DNA from: Hemiscyllium ocellatum
Lineage: Eukaryota
Length of the DNA stretch: 64,000 bases
Direction of reading: 5' to 3'
Assembly: GCF_020745735.1 (NCBI RefSeq)
Contig: NC_083417.1
Coordinates: 63,302,001-63,366,000, forward strand
The notes beneath the pieces are model-generated. The model had not been told where the DNA came from. It searched no databases and saw only the letters and a list, made by a program, of their open reading frames with translations. Positions 1-12,990 of this stretch are shown here, piece by piece. Position numbers and translations under genes: made by a program. Each line of letters starts with the position of its first letter. Positions within the stretch are counted from its first letter, which is position 1.

Positions 1-29
1 CAAAGAAGCAGGCTATTCTGGACGATTCT

Positions 30-145
30 CCTTGTCAACCTTTTGCCTTTGCCTGAAGTGTGGAGATGCTCAGGTTAAAACTACCATCACCTATCTCTCT
101 CTAATGAGAGCCAACCCTGTGGTCTGGTACACTATGGCGACTTGT
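30..145 (+). mobile_element. SINE 3' end (AmnSINE/LF-SINE-like tail ...ctatggcgactt); paralog near 31430-31540
   Basis: Recognisable tail motif ctaatgagag...ggtctgg...ctatggcgactt. Confidence 0.4.
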
Positions 146-249
146 TGCTCTGTCTGATCTTCCCCTCAGATGCTGTAAATTCAATGCTTTGCAAAGAATT
201 TCATTTATTCCTTTATGCCCCCATCTCAATGAATTTCAGGCAGAACTTG

Positions 250-605
250 GGATCACGATGGCTCTGTGCTTATTACAGCTGCCTCACAGTGGCAGGAACC
301 CGTGTTCGATTCCAACCTTTTGGAACTGTCTGTGTGGAGTGTGCATGTTCTCCCCATGTCAGTGTGGCTTTCTGCTAGCTTACCCGGTTTCTTTCCCACA
401 ATCCAAGGACGTGCAAATTCAGTCGATTGGCTTTGCTAAACTGCCAATATTGTTGAGGAATGTCTAGGTTAACTGCATTAGCCAAGGGAAATGCAGAGTA
501 AAACACAGTTTGGATAGAGGGATAGGTCTGAATGGGATGCTGTTCATAGGGTTGGTGTGGACTTGTTAGCCTGAATGGCCTGTTTCCACATTGTGGGGAT
601 TGTAT
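250..605 (+). mobile_element. HE1/V-SINE-type tRNA-derived SINE
   Basis: gctgcctcacag..ggttcgattcc-like head, ctgtgtggagt.tgca..ttctcccc central domain, gaatggcctgtttccaca tail; absent from copy 2. Confidence 0.8.
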
Positions 606-1039
606 GAAATGATGTTTAACTCTGGGGCAGGAGTCTCCATGCTGCTCCCATGACTCTTTCACCCATTTCCATGTGTCCCCTGTACCTGGTTCCCTCCACA
701 CAGTCTTTTAGCTTGATCTCTTCATTGAGAATGGCCAACTTGACATTGGTTAATTAATTTATCTGCTCCTCTAAAATAATTTAAATTTGCATTCCTTTGA
801 ATTTACTGCACTTCATACTCTCTGTTCTAACCTTGAATTCATTATCCTATTTGCTGATAAGAATTGTGGTGTTCCCATCTCGCTGGAATATGTGAGCACC
901 AACTTTCAGACACATCCTCTTATCTGATCCTGGTTCATGGTTCCACAGAGGTCCCACAGAACATCAAGCTGTTATTTTTGGGATGGTTGTTAACCTCATC
1001 TTCCCTAGTTATCTACCTTCCACAGTTCAGGAAGAAAAC

Positions 1040-2030
1040 TGTAACTATTGAAGCGTGACAGGATTCAGTATTGTGGCCACAAATGTGCACAGTATATATT
1101 AATGGCTTAGATGTGGAAAATAATGTTCTACAGCCAGGTACGCAGATAGCACAAAAACAGTTCGGAAGACAAGCCATTAGGATGACACAGAATTCGCAGA
1201 GGAATATAAACAGGTTACATGATTGGGCAATAATTTCAAAAAGGTGAAGTTATTCACTCTGCCAACATGTATAGAAGAGCTGAATATTATGTAAGTGGAA
1301 AAAGACTGGAAAAAACCTATGGAACAAAGAGATTTTTGAGAGCTTGTTGATGAATGTCACACACACATACACATACACACAAATTAGAATCTGAGTTGAA
1401 AAGTTAATATGGAAGGCAAATAGAATGTTACTCTTTATTTCAAAGAAATCGAGCAGATATGTAGGGAGATCTGCTAAAACTATACAAGGCACTTATCAGA
1501 TAACAACCGGATTTCTGTGAACAAATTTATTCCTATTATCTAAGGAAAGATATATCGGCACTGGAGGGAGTCTAGTAAAGGTTCACTAAGTTGATACCAG
1601 GTATGGAGGAATTGTCTTCTGAATACAAGTCGAGTAGGTTGAACTTAGAGTGAGAGGCAATCTTATTGAAATATAGAAGATTCTTATGGGATCTGGCAAG
1701 TTAAATCTTGAAACGATGTTTGCTCCTGTGGGAAATTCCAGGTAGAGGGTACAATCTAAGAATCAGAGGTTGCACATTGAGGACAAAGATATGAAGGAAT
1801 TTCTTCTAACCGTAGTGAATCTGTGGAATTCCTTCCTACAGAGAGCTGTAAAAGCTAGGTGTTTAGTGATATTCAAACCTGAGGTAGATATATTTTTAAA
1901 ATGGGAAATAGAATCAAGGATTATGGCGAAAAGGCAGGAAAGTGAAGATGAAGATCATTACATCAGCCATGACCTCATTGAAAGTGAAGCAGACTTGTCG
2001 TACTGAATGGCCCACTTCTGCTCCAGTTTG
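1040..2030 (+). mobile_element. Degenerate CR1-type LINE 3' fragment (paralog ~32080-32900)
   Basis: RT C-terminal and 3' UTR motifs (gtgaatct.tggaattc; gaatggcc..cttctgctcc). Confidence 0.75.
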
Positions 2031-2105
2031 TGTACTGGGCATATGTTTTATGAGTTTCACTCTGAGTACCCTCACAGTGTACGCTTTTATTTCTTTATCA
2101 CGCCT

Positions 2106-2170
2106 CCTCTCTCTCTCTCACTCTCTCTGTCTCTTTCGCTGTCTGTCTCTCTTTATCTCTCTCTCTCTCA
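2106..2170. repeat. (CT)n-rich microsatellite
   Basis: Directly visible. Confidence 0.9.
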
Positions 2171-2419
2171 CACCCACTCCTAAGTCGTCATCATCATCAT
2201 AAGATTATATTTTTGCAGCCCTGTTCAATTCCAAAGAAGAGGCAAGCTGGACTTACATCATTATCAGCGTCTCTCTCTCCACACAGGCTGCCAGACGTGT
2301 CGAGTATGTTTCATGATTTGACAAGTGTTGATCAGAACATTCCATAGCCGTCATTCTCTTGAATTTCTTTCTGTTGTCAGATTATGAGCAATCTCTTGTG
2401 TTCAGTGGTTAACCACCAT

Positions 2420-5260
2420 GCCAGTTACAATGCCCCAATATAATCTATGTTGTAATTAGTCAGATTTCACTCTGAGATAGGCTTTGTTCTGTATTACAAT
2501 CAACTGTGATAAAAGCAAATTGTGGGTTATCCGGGACAGACTTCTGTTGAATTTAAAAGGGATTGGCGAAAATTTAAAGAAAATGTACATAGGATTACTG
2601 GACATTGCAAGATTGTCTTTAAATTTATTGCACAATTTGGAATTTCAAGACGGTTGTGACTGATGTTAAAACTTTTTTGGGATTGGAAAAATGCATTTGA
2701 CAATTATTTGAAATCTTTGAGAGTGCACCAAGAGAACGAACTATGAAGTCGGAAGTAGAAAATGAAAGTTGAAACTTGTAAAGTTGAGATGCTTAAAGAT
2801 TTTACTCAACAATTAGAAATAAATTGAGGGAAATCTGACATTGGCATGTCACCGTTGAATTAAAATTCAGTTGGAATTATAAAAGAAGAAAAAGAAATTA
2901 AAGAGCAATGGAAAGCATGAGAACGAAGAAGAAAAAAAGGGGAAAAACCCACAAATTTGATAATTTTAACTGGATAGCGGAAGGGAAAAAATACAAAGAG
3001 GAATGGACATTTAATACTATATATTGATAATATATAGTCGGCAGAATTACAAAATATGCCTTTGTTACAGAAAAGCTTAGTCTAATTGTTGAAAGAATAT
3101 GTATTAGCTCAAAAGAAGATTTTTAGTCCATTGAAAGATTTGATTTAGACAGAAATCAGTTTTAGTTCCTAAATTTACAGAACATGGAGTGGAAAGACAA
3201 TTCATTTCATTTGGAAAAGTGGCTTTGAGGTGGAAGTGGCTTAAAGATATTTGGACGCAAATGTCACAGAATATTTCAATAGGTACCATGATAAATATGA
3301 ATGCCTTTTTGCTTGAAGAACAAACAGTAGAGCATGACATTGCAAGAAAAAACCCTAAATGCATATGACCCTCAATATATTAATGAATATGTCGTGAAAT
3401 AAGAAAATAGATTAGTCAGGAATTTGTGAAATTGTAAGGAAAAAAAAAGTAATTGGTATTGGTGCATTATCTCACTGAAGATAAAAAACCTCTTTGAGAG
3501 CTCAAGACAATCATACATATGGCATTCAACAATCATATTGCAACATTACCTAGATGAGTATCAAATATCAAAGATGTGAGAACAGCATTTCTGACAGATT
3601 CCTACGATATTGAACACAGACATTTACTTGTGGGGTATAGGTCATACGTAAATCAATAAGTAAACTGGAATAGAATATATATCTTGGTTTTAAAAATGAT
3701 TAGCTTTATGAAATAAACAGAGGAATTCCAAACAATACAGGAAAATGTTAGAACCCAAATGTGATTTAAATAAAAGCAAATAACATACCTTCATTACAAT
3801 AAGATAGGACATACCATTGCTGAAACAAGAGACCAGTTGCAAAACTAAAAGCCCAGGGAATTCTTCGAAGAGACAGCTATATGGAAAGGAAATGCCAATT
3901 AAAGCTGCAGCAGTAGTGCAAGTGAAGCATGTTACATAGCATTCTGTTAGGAAGAAACAGATAATACAGACCATTTACGAAAAATTTTATTTGATACTTT
4001 AACACAAAAACATATTATTGGATGTCCTGGACAGTTTATTTCAAAGGGAAAGGTACCTCCTTGCTCTTATAAAGGAGCTATAGCAATAAAGATAATGAGA
4101 GACAATGTTTGGTTAATGAAGGGACGAAATTATTGGATTTATACAGAACGTAGAATCTCATTCTAATATATTGAATTGGCTTAGAATATGAAAAAAAAAT
4201 GAGTCAGAGCATTTTGACTAATCCATATTGAAATAACTGGTTTCAACTGAGTCAATGACATGACTATTCGAAGAGACCACACTGTTTACTTTTTGGGAAG
4301 TATAAATTGAAATGAAGTTGGATTGCAATACAATTGAACCACCTGGAGAAGTTCGCAACTTAAAGGTTAAGAAGAATGGAAGCAAAAACTCTCATGCAAT
4401 TCCTCGTTCCTCAAACAAAATTGAATTCTTGAGCTTCTCGTGAATCTATGATTTTCAATGAGCATTTGTGCCGATCATCAGCACGATAGCTGTAACTTTC
4501 GCAGAATTCTCCAAAGGTGGGGAAAAATGAAATGGTCAGCAACGTGCAGATCATTATTTGAGAAGCTGAAGGCAGTGTTAACAAATGACTTTGCACCTCC
4601 CCGTGATTTTGTAAGGCATTTTAGAATCAATTTGAATAGTAATGACTTTGCAATTGTTGCAGTCTTACGACAAGGTGATGAATTTGGCAATACAGAAGAC
4701 TCTGGGATCCTTTCCAACGAAGAGAAAACATTATTAGAAGAAATGCTCAACATTCGAAAAGTAAACTTTGGGATTATCGTTGACTTTATTTTAGCATTTT
4801 GAAGACAATGTTCATCATGGTTGCAAAGAAACACTCATATATACTTACAGTATTCTGTTAGCTTGTGTAAAGAAATTTATGACCTGAAATTCAAAATCGT
4901 TCAGATGGAGCTTATTGATTCAACTTTAACTATATTGTTGGAAGAGAAAACATATTGGAAAATGCATGATCAAAATGTGATCGTGGTGAAATAGTTTAAG
5001 AATTTTGGAAGTAAATGAAAATCCATTGCTTAAATCCTGTGTAAGGAATGAGTGAGGGTGCATGAATGTAATTTGATTATGTTGTTATGTGTTTGTGCTA
5101 TGTGACCTCAGCTACTCTTTATGTGTAGAGGTAGGAGCCAGACAGGTTTCTTGTTTAGGGTAAGATATTGGAAGTTAGACTACTATAAATGAAATACCAG
5201 GAAGTCTTTGCAACTTGCAAAATGAACAATGCATTCTTTTGAGCTGTGGAATACAGTGAT
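2420..5260 (+). mobile_element. Heavily decayed, internally deleted Gypsy (Gmr1-like) LTR retrotransposon
   Basis: Gag-like PKF..VERQFISFGKVA near 3170-3230; ORF 4458..4802 WSATCRSLFEKLKAVLTN... resembles the RT-RNase H connection; PBS-like gggttatccggga near 2524. Confidence 0.65.
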
Positions 5261-6377
5261 GTGTATCAAAGCAGGGAGGGGAGAATTCAAGGTTGCATGA
5301 CAGCTAGAGACAGTTTGCTGTGAATACTGACATAACATATTTATTCAAATCCTCTGCCATTTCCTGGTCCCTTATTATTCTTTCCACAGACCTCATTTCC
5401 TAAGGGACCTATATTATCCTTGCCTTCTCTCTTCTTTTTATATTTAAAGAAGCTCTCGCTGTTTATGTTTTTTGTTTGATATATTTCAGAAGATTTTAAC
5501 TAAGTCTGGAACGATGACCCCTTGCTGTTGGTTGACACGTTAACTCATGTCTGTTCATTAAAACATTAATGTTTTGTTTCAGACATCGCAGGAGTCGACA
5601 ACTTATGACTGACGGGAAAAAAATATTTAATTCAGACGATGGTAAATGTTTGGACTTCTCTAACCTTTAAGACTCACAGCTGACTCATTAAGAATGCTAA
5701 CCACAGTAAGCTATAGCACTCTGGATGCAAATGGCTCTGTAGATATTGATATATTCCAGCAACATGGTAGTGAGGTAGGTGTCTGACATGAAATAAATGA
5801 ATGACAAATTGGGCTCGGCAGGTTTGATGGACAACCCCTATCCATTGTATCGATGTCCCTTAGTGCTAGGTATGACTTCAAGCCTGAATAGCTTTCCACA
5901 AGTTCCTATTGACTTCAGTGTTAGTATTTGGAAATATAGAACGTAACAATTGTAAAAGGAGACAAAATTCAAAGCTTTTTGTTTTATTGATGCAACAAGG
6001 ATACAAGGAAGAGACCTGACAAGGGGAGCTGCCACAGCCCTCTACATTAGAGAAGTCCAAATATTTATCATCCTCTCAATTAGGAAACTCTTGTTTCCCT
6101 CAGTTATAAGTAGCCAAACCCTGAAACAGAGCATTAATGCTTCAATTAATAGGCATGAGTTATCATGTCAACCATTCATACAGTATGAGAAGAAGAGGCA
6201 GACTTCATAGTTCTGAGAGCTCATTGATGCCACACTCAATGAAATAATTCCTCGATGTCAAGACAGCCATTCTCATATCAAAACTTGAGTTCATCTCTTT
6301 TGCCTATGCTCAGTCTGAAACCCCAATGAGGTCTGGAGATCAGGAATCCTGGCTGATCATAAGCTGGACATGAATGA

Positions 6378-9300
6378 GTCATAATGTCATAGAGTCATAG
6401 AGATGTCCAGCACAGAAACAGGTCCAACTCGTCCATGCCTACCAGATATCCCAACCCAATCTAGTCCCACTCACCAGCACCCGGCCCATGTCCCTCCAAA
6501 CCCTTCCTATTCATATACTCATCTAGATACCTTTTAAATATTGCAATTGTATTAGCCTCCAACCCTTCCTCTGGCAGCTCATTCCATACGCATACCACTC
6601 TCTGCATGAAAGCATTTTCCCATAGGTCTCTTTTTTATCTCTCCCCTCGCACCCTAAACTTATCGCCTGTAGTTTTGGACTTGCTCACCCCAAGGAAAAC
6701 ATTTTGTCTATTTGTCCTGTCCATGCCCCTCATCATTTTATAAACCTCTATAAGGTCACCCCTCAGCCTCTGACACTCCAGGGAAAATATCCCAAGCCTA
6801 TTCAACCTCTCCCTAGATTTCAAATCCTCTAACCCTGGCAACATTCTTGTAAATCTTTTCTGAAACTTTTCAAGTTTCACAACATCATTCCGATAGGAAG
6901 GAAACCAGAATTGCATGCAATATTCCAAAATGGCCAAACCAATGTCCTGGACAGCCGCAACATGACCTCCTAACTCCTTTACTCAATACTGTTGACCAAT
7001 AAAAGAAAGCATACCAAACGTCTTCTTCACTATCCTACCGATCTGCGACTTCACTTTCAAGGAGCTATAAACCTGCACATAAAGGTCTCTTTGTTTAGCA
7101 ACACTCCATCGGACCTTACCATGAATTGTATAAGTCCTGCTAAGATTTGCTTTCCCAAAATACAGCACCTCGCATTTATCTGAATTAAACTCCATCTGCC
7201 ACTTCTCAGCCCATTGGCCCATATGAGCATGATCCAATTGTAATCTGAAGGATCCTTCTTCGCTGTCTACAACACCTCCAATTTTGGCGTTATGTGCAAA
7301 CTTACTAACTATACCTCTTATTCTCGCATCAAAATCATTTATATAAATGATGAAACGTAGTGGATCCAGCACCAATCGTTGTGGCACTCCATTGGTCACA
7401 GGCCTCCAGTCTGAAAACAACACTTCTCCACCACCCTCTGTCTTTTACCTCAGAGCCATTTCTGTATCCAAATGGCTAATTCTCCCTGTATTCCATGAGA
7501 TCTAACCTCACTAACTAGTGTCCCATGGGGAAACTTGTCGAATGCCTTACTGAAGTCCATATAGATCATGTCCACTGCTCTGCCCTCATAAACCCTCTTT
7601 GTTACTTTTTCAAGAAACTCAGTCAAGTTTGCAAGACATAATTTCCCACGCACAAAACCATGTTGACAATCCCTGAGCAGTCCTTGCCTTTCCAAATACA
7701 TGCACATCCTGTCCCTCAGGATTCCCACCAACAACTTCCTCACCACTGACGTTAGGCTCAGTGGTCTATAGTTCCCTAGCTTGTCCTGACCACTCTTCTT
7801 AAACAGTGGCACCATGTTAGCCAACCTCCAGTCTTCTGGCACCTCGCCTGTGACTATTGATGATATAAATATCTCAGCAAGGGGCCCAACAATCTCTTCC
7901 CTAGCTTCCCACAGAGTTCTAAGGTACCCCTGATTAGGTCCTGGGGATTTATCCACTTTTATACGTGTCAAGACATCCAGTACTTCCTCCTCTGTAATAT
8001 GAACAATTTTCAAGATGTCACCATGTATTTCCCTACATTATATAACGTCCATGTCCTTTTCCACAGTCAACACTGATGCAAAATACTCATTTAGTATCTC
8101 CCTCATCTCCTGCGGCTCCACATAAAGTCCACCTTGCTGATCTTTGAGGGGCCTATTCTTGCCCTAGTTACCTTTTTGTCCTTAATGTATTTATAAAAGC
8201 CCTTTGTATTCTCCTTAACTCTATTTGCCCTCCTGACTTCCCTCTTAAGAATACTCTTATTGCCTATATGCTCTTCGAAGGATTCAGTCAATCTATCTTG
8301 TCTAAACCTGACATATGATCCATTCTTTTTCTGAACGAAATCTTCATTTGCTTTAGTCATCCAGCATTGCCTACACCTACCAGCCTTTCCTTTCATCCTA
8401 ACCGGAATATACTGTCTCTGGACTTCGATTATCTAATTTCTGAGGGCTTCCCATTTTCCAGCCATCCCCTTACCTGTGAACATCTGCCCCCAGTCAGCTT
8501 TTGAAAGTTCTTGCCCAACACCACCAAAATTACCCTATCTCCAATTTAGAATTTCAAATTTTACATCTGGCCTCTCCTTTTCCATTACTATTTTAAAACT
8601 GATAGTATTATGGTCACTGGCCCCAAAGTACTCTCTCACTGACACCCCAATCACCTGCCCTGCCTTATTTGCCAAGAGTAGGTCAGGTTTTGCACTTTCT
8701 CTAGTAGGTACATCCACATATTGAATGAGAAAATTTTCTTCTACACACTTAAGAAAACCTCTCCATCTAAACCCTTAACACTATGGCAGTTCCAGTTTAT
8801 GTTTGGAAAGTTAAAATCCCCTCCCATAATAATTCTAGTATTCTTACAGATAACTGAAATCTCCTTACAAATTTGTTTCTCAATTTCCCTCTGACTATTA
8901 CGGGGGCCTATAATACAATCCCAATAAGGTGATCATCCCTTTCTTATTTCTCAGTTCCAGCAAAATAACTTCCCTGGATGTATTTCCAGGAATATACTCC
9001 CTCAGTACATCTGTAATGCTATCCCTTATCAAAATCGCCACTCCCCCACCTCTCTTGCTTCCCTTTCTGTCCTTACTGTAGCATTTGTATCTTGGAAAAT
9101 TAAGCTGCCAGCCCCGTCAATCCCTGAGCCACAATTTTCTAATTGCTTTGATATCTCAGTCCTATGTTCCTAACCATGCCCTGAGTTCATTTTGCCTTCC
9201 CTCTAAGGCTTCTTGCATTGAAATCAATGCAGTTTAGTTTATCAGACCTACCTTGTTCTCTGCTCTGTCCCTACCTGCCCTAACAGTTGGACTCGCTTCC

Positions 9301-10845
9301 CTTCTCAACTGTACCAGTCTCTGATTAATCTCTTTCCTTACTGTCCCCCTGGATACCATCCATCCCTCACCTTAATAGTTTAAATCCTCCTGAGCAGCTC
9401 TAGCAAATCTCCCTGTCAGGATATTAGTCCCCTTCCAATTCAGTTACAATCTGTCTTTCTTGTAAGGTCACTTCTATCCCAGAAGAGCTTCAATGATCCA
9501 AAAATGTGAATTCTTCTCCCAAACACCAGCCCTCAGCCATACATTATTCTGCTCTGCCCTCCTATTCCTACCGTCACTACCTCGCTGCACAGGGAATAAT
9601 CCAGATATTACTACTCTTAAGGATCTCCTTTTTAAATTCCTGCTTAATGCTTTATATTCTCCTTTCAGAATGTCATCCTTTTCCCTTCCTATGTCATTGT
9701 TTTCAATGTGTCCAATGACCTCCTGCTGGTCCTTCTGCCTTCTGCATTCTGCACTCTCCCTGAGGCATTCTTGATCCTGGTACCAGGGAGGCAACACTCC
9801 ATTCTGACTTTTCGTTGCTGGCCACAGAAACTTGTGTCTGTGCCTCGGACGAGAGAGTCCACTAACACAGTTGATCTCCTGGAAACTGACGTACTCCTCA
9901 TTTCATTAGAGCCAGTCTCGATACTAGAAACTTGGCTGTCCATGCTACAATTCCCCTGAGAATTCATCACCCCCTGCATTTTCCAAAACAGCGTACTTGT
10001 TTGAAATGTGCATAGCTACAGAAGACTCGTGCACTATCTACTTACCTCTCTCACCTTTCCTGGAGTCAACCCATCTATGTGACTGTATCTGCAAATTTTC
10101 TCCCTTTCTATAACTGCCATGTATCACATCCCAATGAGACCATTCCTCATTGCCTCTAACTGTCTCTCCAACTGATCCATTTGATCTGATAGGATTCACA
10201 AACAACAGCATTTATTGCAGATAAAATCCCCAGTAACACGTAAACTCTCCCTAACCTCCTATATCTGACAGGAAGAGCATATGACTGGACTAAAGAGTCA
10301 TATTTTTGCTTCTTTCAGTCTATGGACTCAGAAAATAGCATTGTCTTATTCTTTTACAAAACACTGCTCAGGCCAACCTAATACCCATGGTTTATATTTT
10401 TAAGTTTAATCAAGCGACATATCTCCATAAAACATATAATCAAGAAAGAAACCACTCTACTCACTGTTGCAGACTTACTGGAAGGCCATGCTTAAAATAT
10501 TGACTTATCTGTTTCTGTGCTGTGACCTCTCCCAAACAGATTCCTCCAAGATTAGTTGTGAATTTCACTGTTTCTTAATTCTTTCTTTCTGTCTTTCTCT
10601 CTCTCCTGCACTGACCTCACCATGTGCTCGTTGCCTTTGTATGTTCCTCTCCCTGTTAAAACTGCTGTTGTTTTAACTTTTATTCCCCCAAAGTTCCAAA
10701 ACAATGCAACAGCATATGAAGCAGTAAGTGCTGCTCCTGGAATGCAAGGAAATCACCTCCAATACCCAAACTACCCAAAAAGGAGCAGCCTGTTACAGCC
10801 AGAAATATTTCCCATCCTCCATCTTGGATTACGCAGACTCCTTTA
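6378..10845 (-). mobile_element. Near full-length degenerate CR1-type LINE with SGNH-esterase ORF1 and APE-RT ORF2
   Basis: ORFs 6635-8013 (KSPGP, NYRPLSLTS, YMDFSKAFDK, GVPQ), 8535-8717 APE (SDHN), 9474-9979 esterase-like; (atagagtc)-type tail; empty site near 37140. Confidence 0.92.
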
Positions 10846-11819
10846 ACCTAAACCAAGAACCATGGATGCTTAAAACCCAGAAAAAACCATTACTTTCTGA
10901 AGAATCTCAACAAATCTGACAGCATCTGTGAAGAGAAGACAGAGTCAACGTTTCAAGGCTTTAGAAAGGATGATTAGGCTATTGCTATATGAGTGATGTC
11001 TAATGGCAGTGCCATTATTTGTTTTCCAAACTGTCCAGAGTAAATTGGTGAATTAAGCAGCTTGAATCTCCCTTGCATTCATTGGACAATTTATCCTCGA
11101 CACCTTTTCTACGTAACTAAAATCTTGGCCTTGAAAGATAATGAACCACCTCTTGGTCAAGATTGGCCCGTGTCTCCAACTAATGGTGAAAACATAGCTC
11201 AGTTGATAAATTCTTCACACAAACTCAAGATGATTGAAAATGAGGTGCATATACTCTTCGCAAGAGACGTTTGATGATTTAAAACATAGTACTGATGGAA
11301 GGATCACAGACAGCATCAATTTGAGGAAGACGTCCATTGTAATATTCCTGGTGACAAAGATAATTTCTCTATTCAACTTACATCCCAAAATAGATTTTAA
11401 AACAAGATTATTGCTCCACTGTTTGTACTTGGATATTGAGAAATCTGGTACATCTTAATACTGCCCACCAATGTAGTTTTGAATTGCTTTGGACGAATAG
11501 AGTGCGGTATAACTTTATTGCTGACTCCAGGTAGTCTTCATCAAAATAGATGACCGGATCACCATTGGATTCACAATGTCAAGTCCACATTCTCCCACAG
11601 ATGCTCCCAGACCTGCTGCATTTTGATAGCATCTTCTGCTTTTGTAACATATCTCCAGCACCCACAGTTCTTTGTTTAATTTATTTGACTTGATTTTATG
11701 TAGGTATGTATTATTTTTACCAACTTGCGTTGAATATGATGCATGCAATGCAATATATATTGTCTGTTACAGCTTTTTGGTTTCCAGAGAGATATGTATA
11801 TTGATAGTGTGTAACAAAG

Positions 11820-11855
11820 TTTAGATTAGATTAGATTAGATTACTTACAGTGTGC
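11820..11855. repeat. (TTAGA)n, 3' tail of a truncated HE1/CR1 insertion
   Basis: ttagattagattagattagattacttacagtgtg. Confidence 0.75.
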
Positions 11856-11994
11856 TAAAGTTGGCAAGGAAATGATAGAAAATGGAATTTCAATTGCACA
11901 TGCAGTGCAAAGCATTGCTTAAATTTGGATTATGTGCAATGCAGCGGGGCATTAGGGTCACTGGTTGTAACTTTGACATGCCATAGCAAGTCAA

Positions 11995-12990
11995 AATATA
12001 TGGTACTGGAGGAACAGGCGAGTTGACGCTTCAGAAATAAGCCTTTCATCAGGAATGTGGAGATGGTACGGGGCTGAGAGATAAAATAGGGGCTGGGGGC
12101 TGGGCTGAGGGGAAGGTAGGTGGAATGGTGACAGGTGGGAGGTAATAACAATAGGTCAGTGGGAGGGTGGAACAGAGACGTGGGAAGGAAGGCAGGCATA
12201 TAGGACACATCAAGAGGTTGGGGCCAAATTGGAGGTTTCAATCTGGGATGAAGTGGTGGGAGGGGACATTTGGAAGCTGGTGAAATAAATGTTGATGCCA
12301 TGTCCTTATAAGATTTCGAGGCAGAAGATGAAGTTCTTCCTCCAGTTCATTGGTGGCTTTGATTTGGTGGTGGAAAGCCAGGTTTTGCATGTGCTAAGGG
12401 GACTGTGAGTGGGAGTTGAATTGTGTGGTCACGGGGTGGTAGGGTTGTTTGATGGTTATGGACCAGAAATGTTCCCTGAACTGCTCCATCAGTTGGCATT
12501 CTGTTTCCTCAATGGAGAGAAGGCTGCACCGAGAACAATGGTGAATGTGCAGGAAAATCTCCAACTGGTGTGAAATTATCCTTTAGGTCCTTGGATGGAG
12601 GTGAGGGGGATGGCGTCGATGCAGGAATTTGCCTGCTGTAGATGGTGGGTTGGTTGGGGGAATGGACCTAACGAGGGAGTCGTGGAGGAGATGTTCCCTG
12701 TCGAATGCAGATAGGGCTGAGGAGGGAAATATATTTTCCGTGGTGGAATCTGACTGTCGGTGGTGAAACTGCCGGAGGATAATGTGCTGTATCCAGGGAT
12801 TCGTGGGGCAGGAGGTGAGGTCGTGAGTGGGGGGTGGGGAGTGGGTGGGGTGGGTTCTCTCCTTGCTGTGGTTGGAAGGGTGGGGGTTGGAGGACAGAAG
12901 TGTGGGAAGTGGAGAAGACACATGGAGGGCATTGTTGATGACGTGGGAGAGGAAATTCTGTCTATGAATTAAAAAAAAACAGAACAAGTG
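11995..12990 (-). mobile_element. Penelope-like element 3' fragment (region leading into the GIY-YIG domain plus terminal repeat)
   Basis: ORF IILRQFHH..SAF.R.H.L.DSLVRS and LTSIQGPKG, plus ctgatgaaagg-type terminal motif; absent at paralogous site near 40075. Confidence 0.7.

Noticed and set aside
4458-4802. 114-aa ORF as a host gene
   Set aside because: It matches a decayed Gypsy RT-RNase H connection region, and its paralog at ~35930 is frameshifted
11234-11458. ORF end similar to ORF 38649..38909 (KIIS..PK.DF...LLLH)
   Set aside because: Explained by paralogous DNA in the duplication; no splice signals or recognisable domain, and the 38649 ORF starts within a LINE
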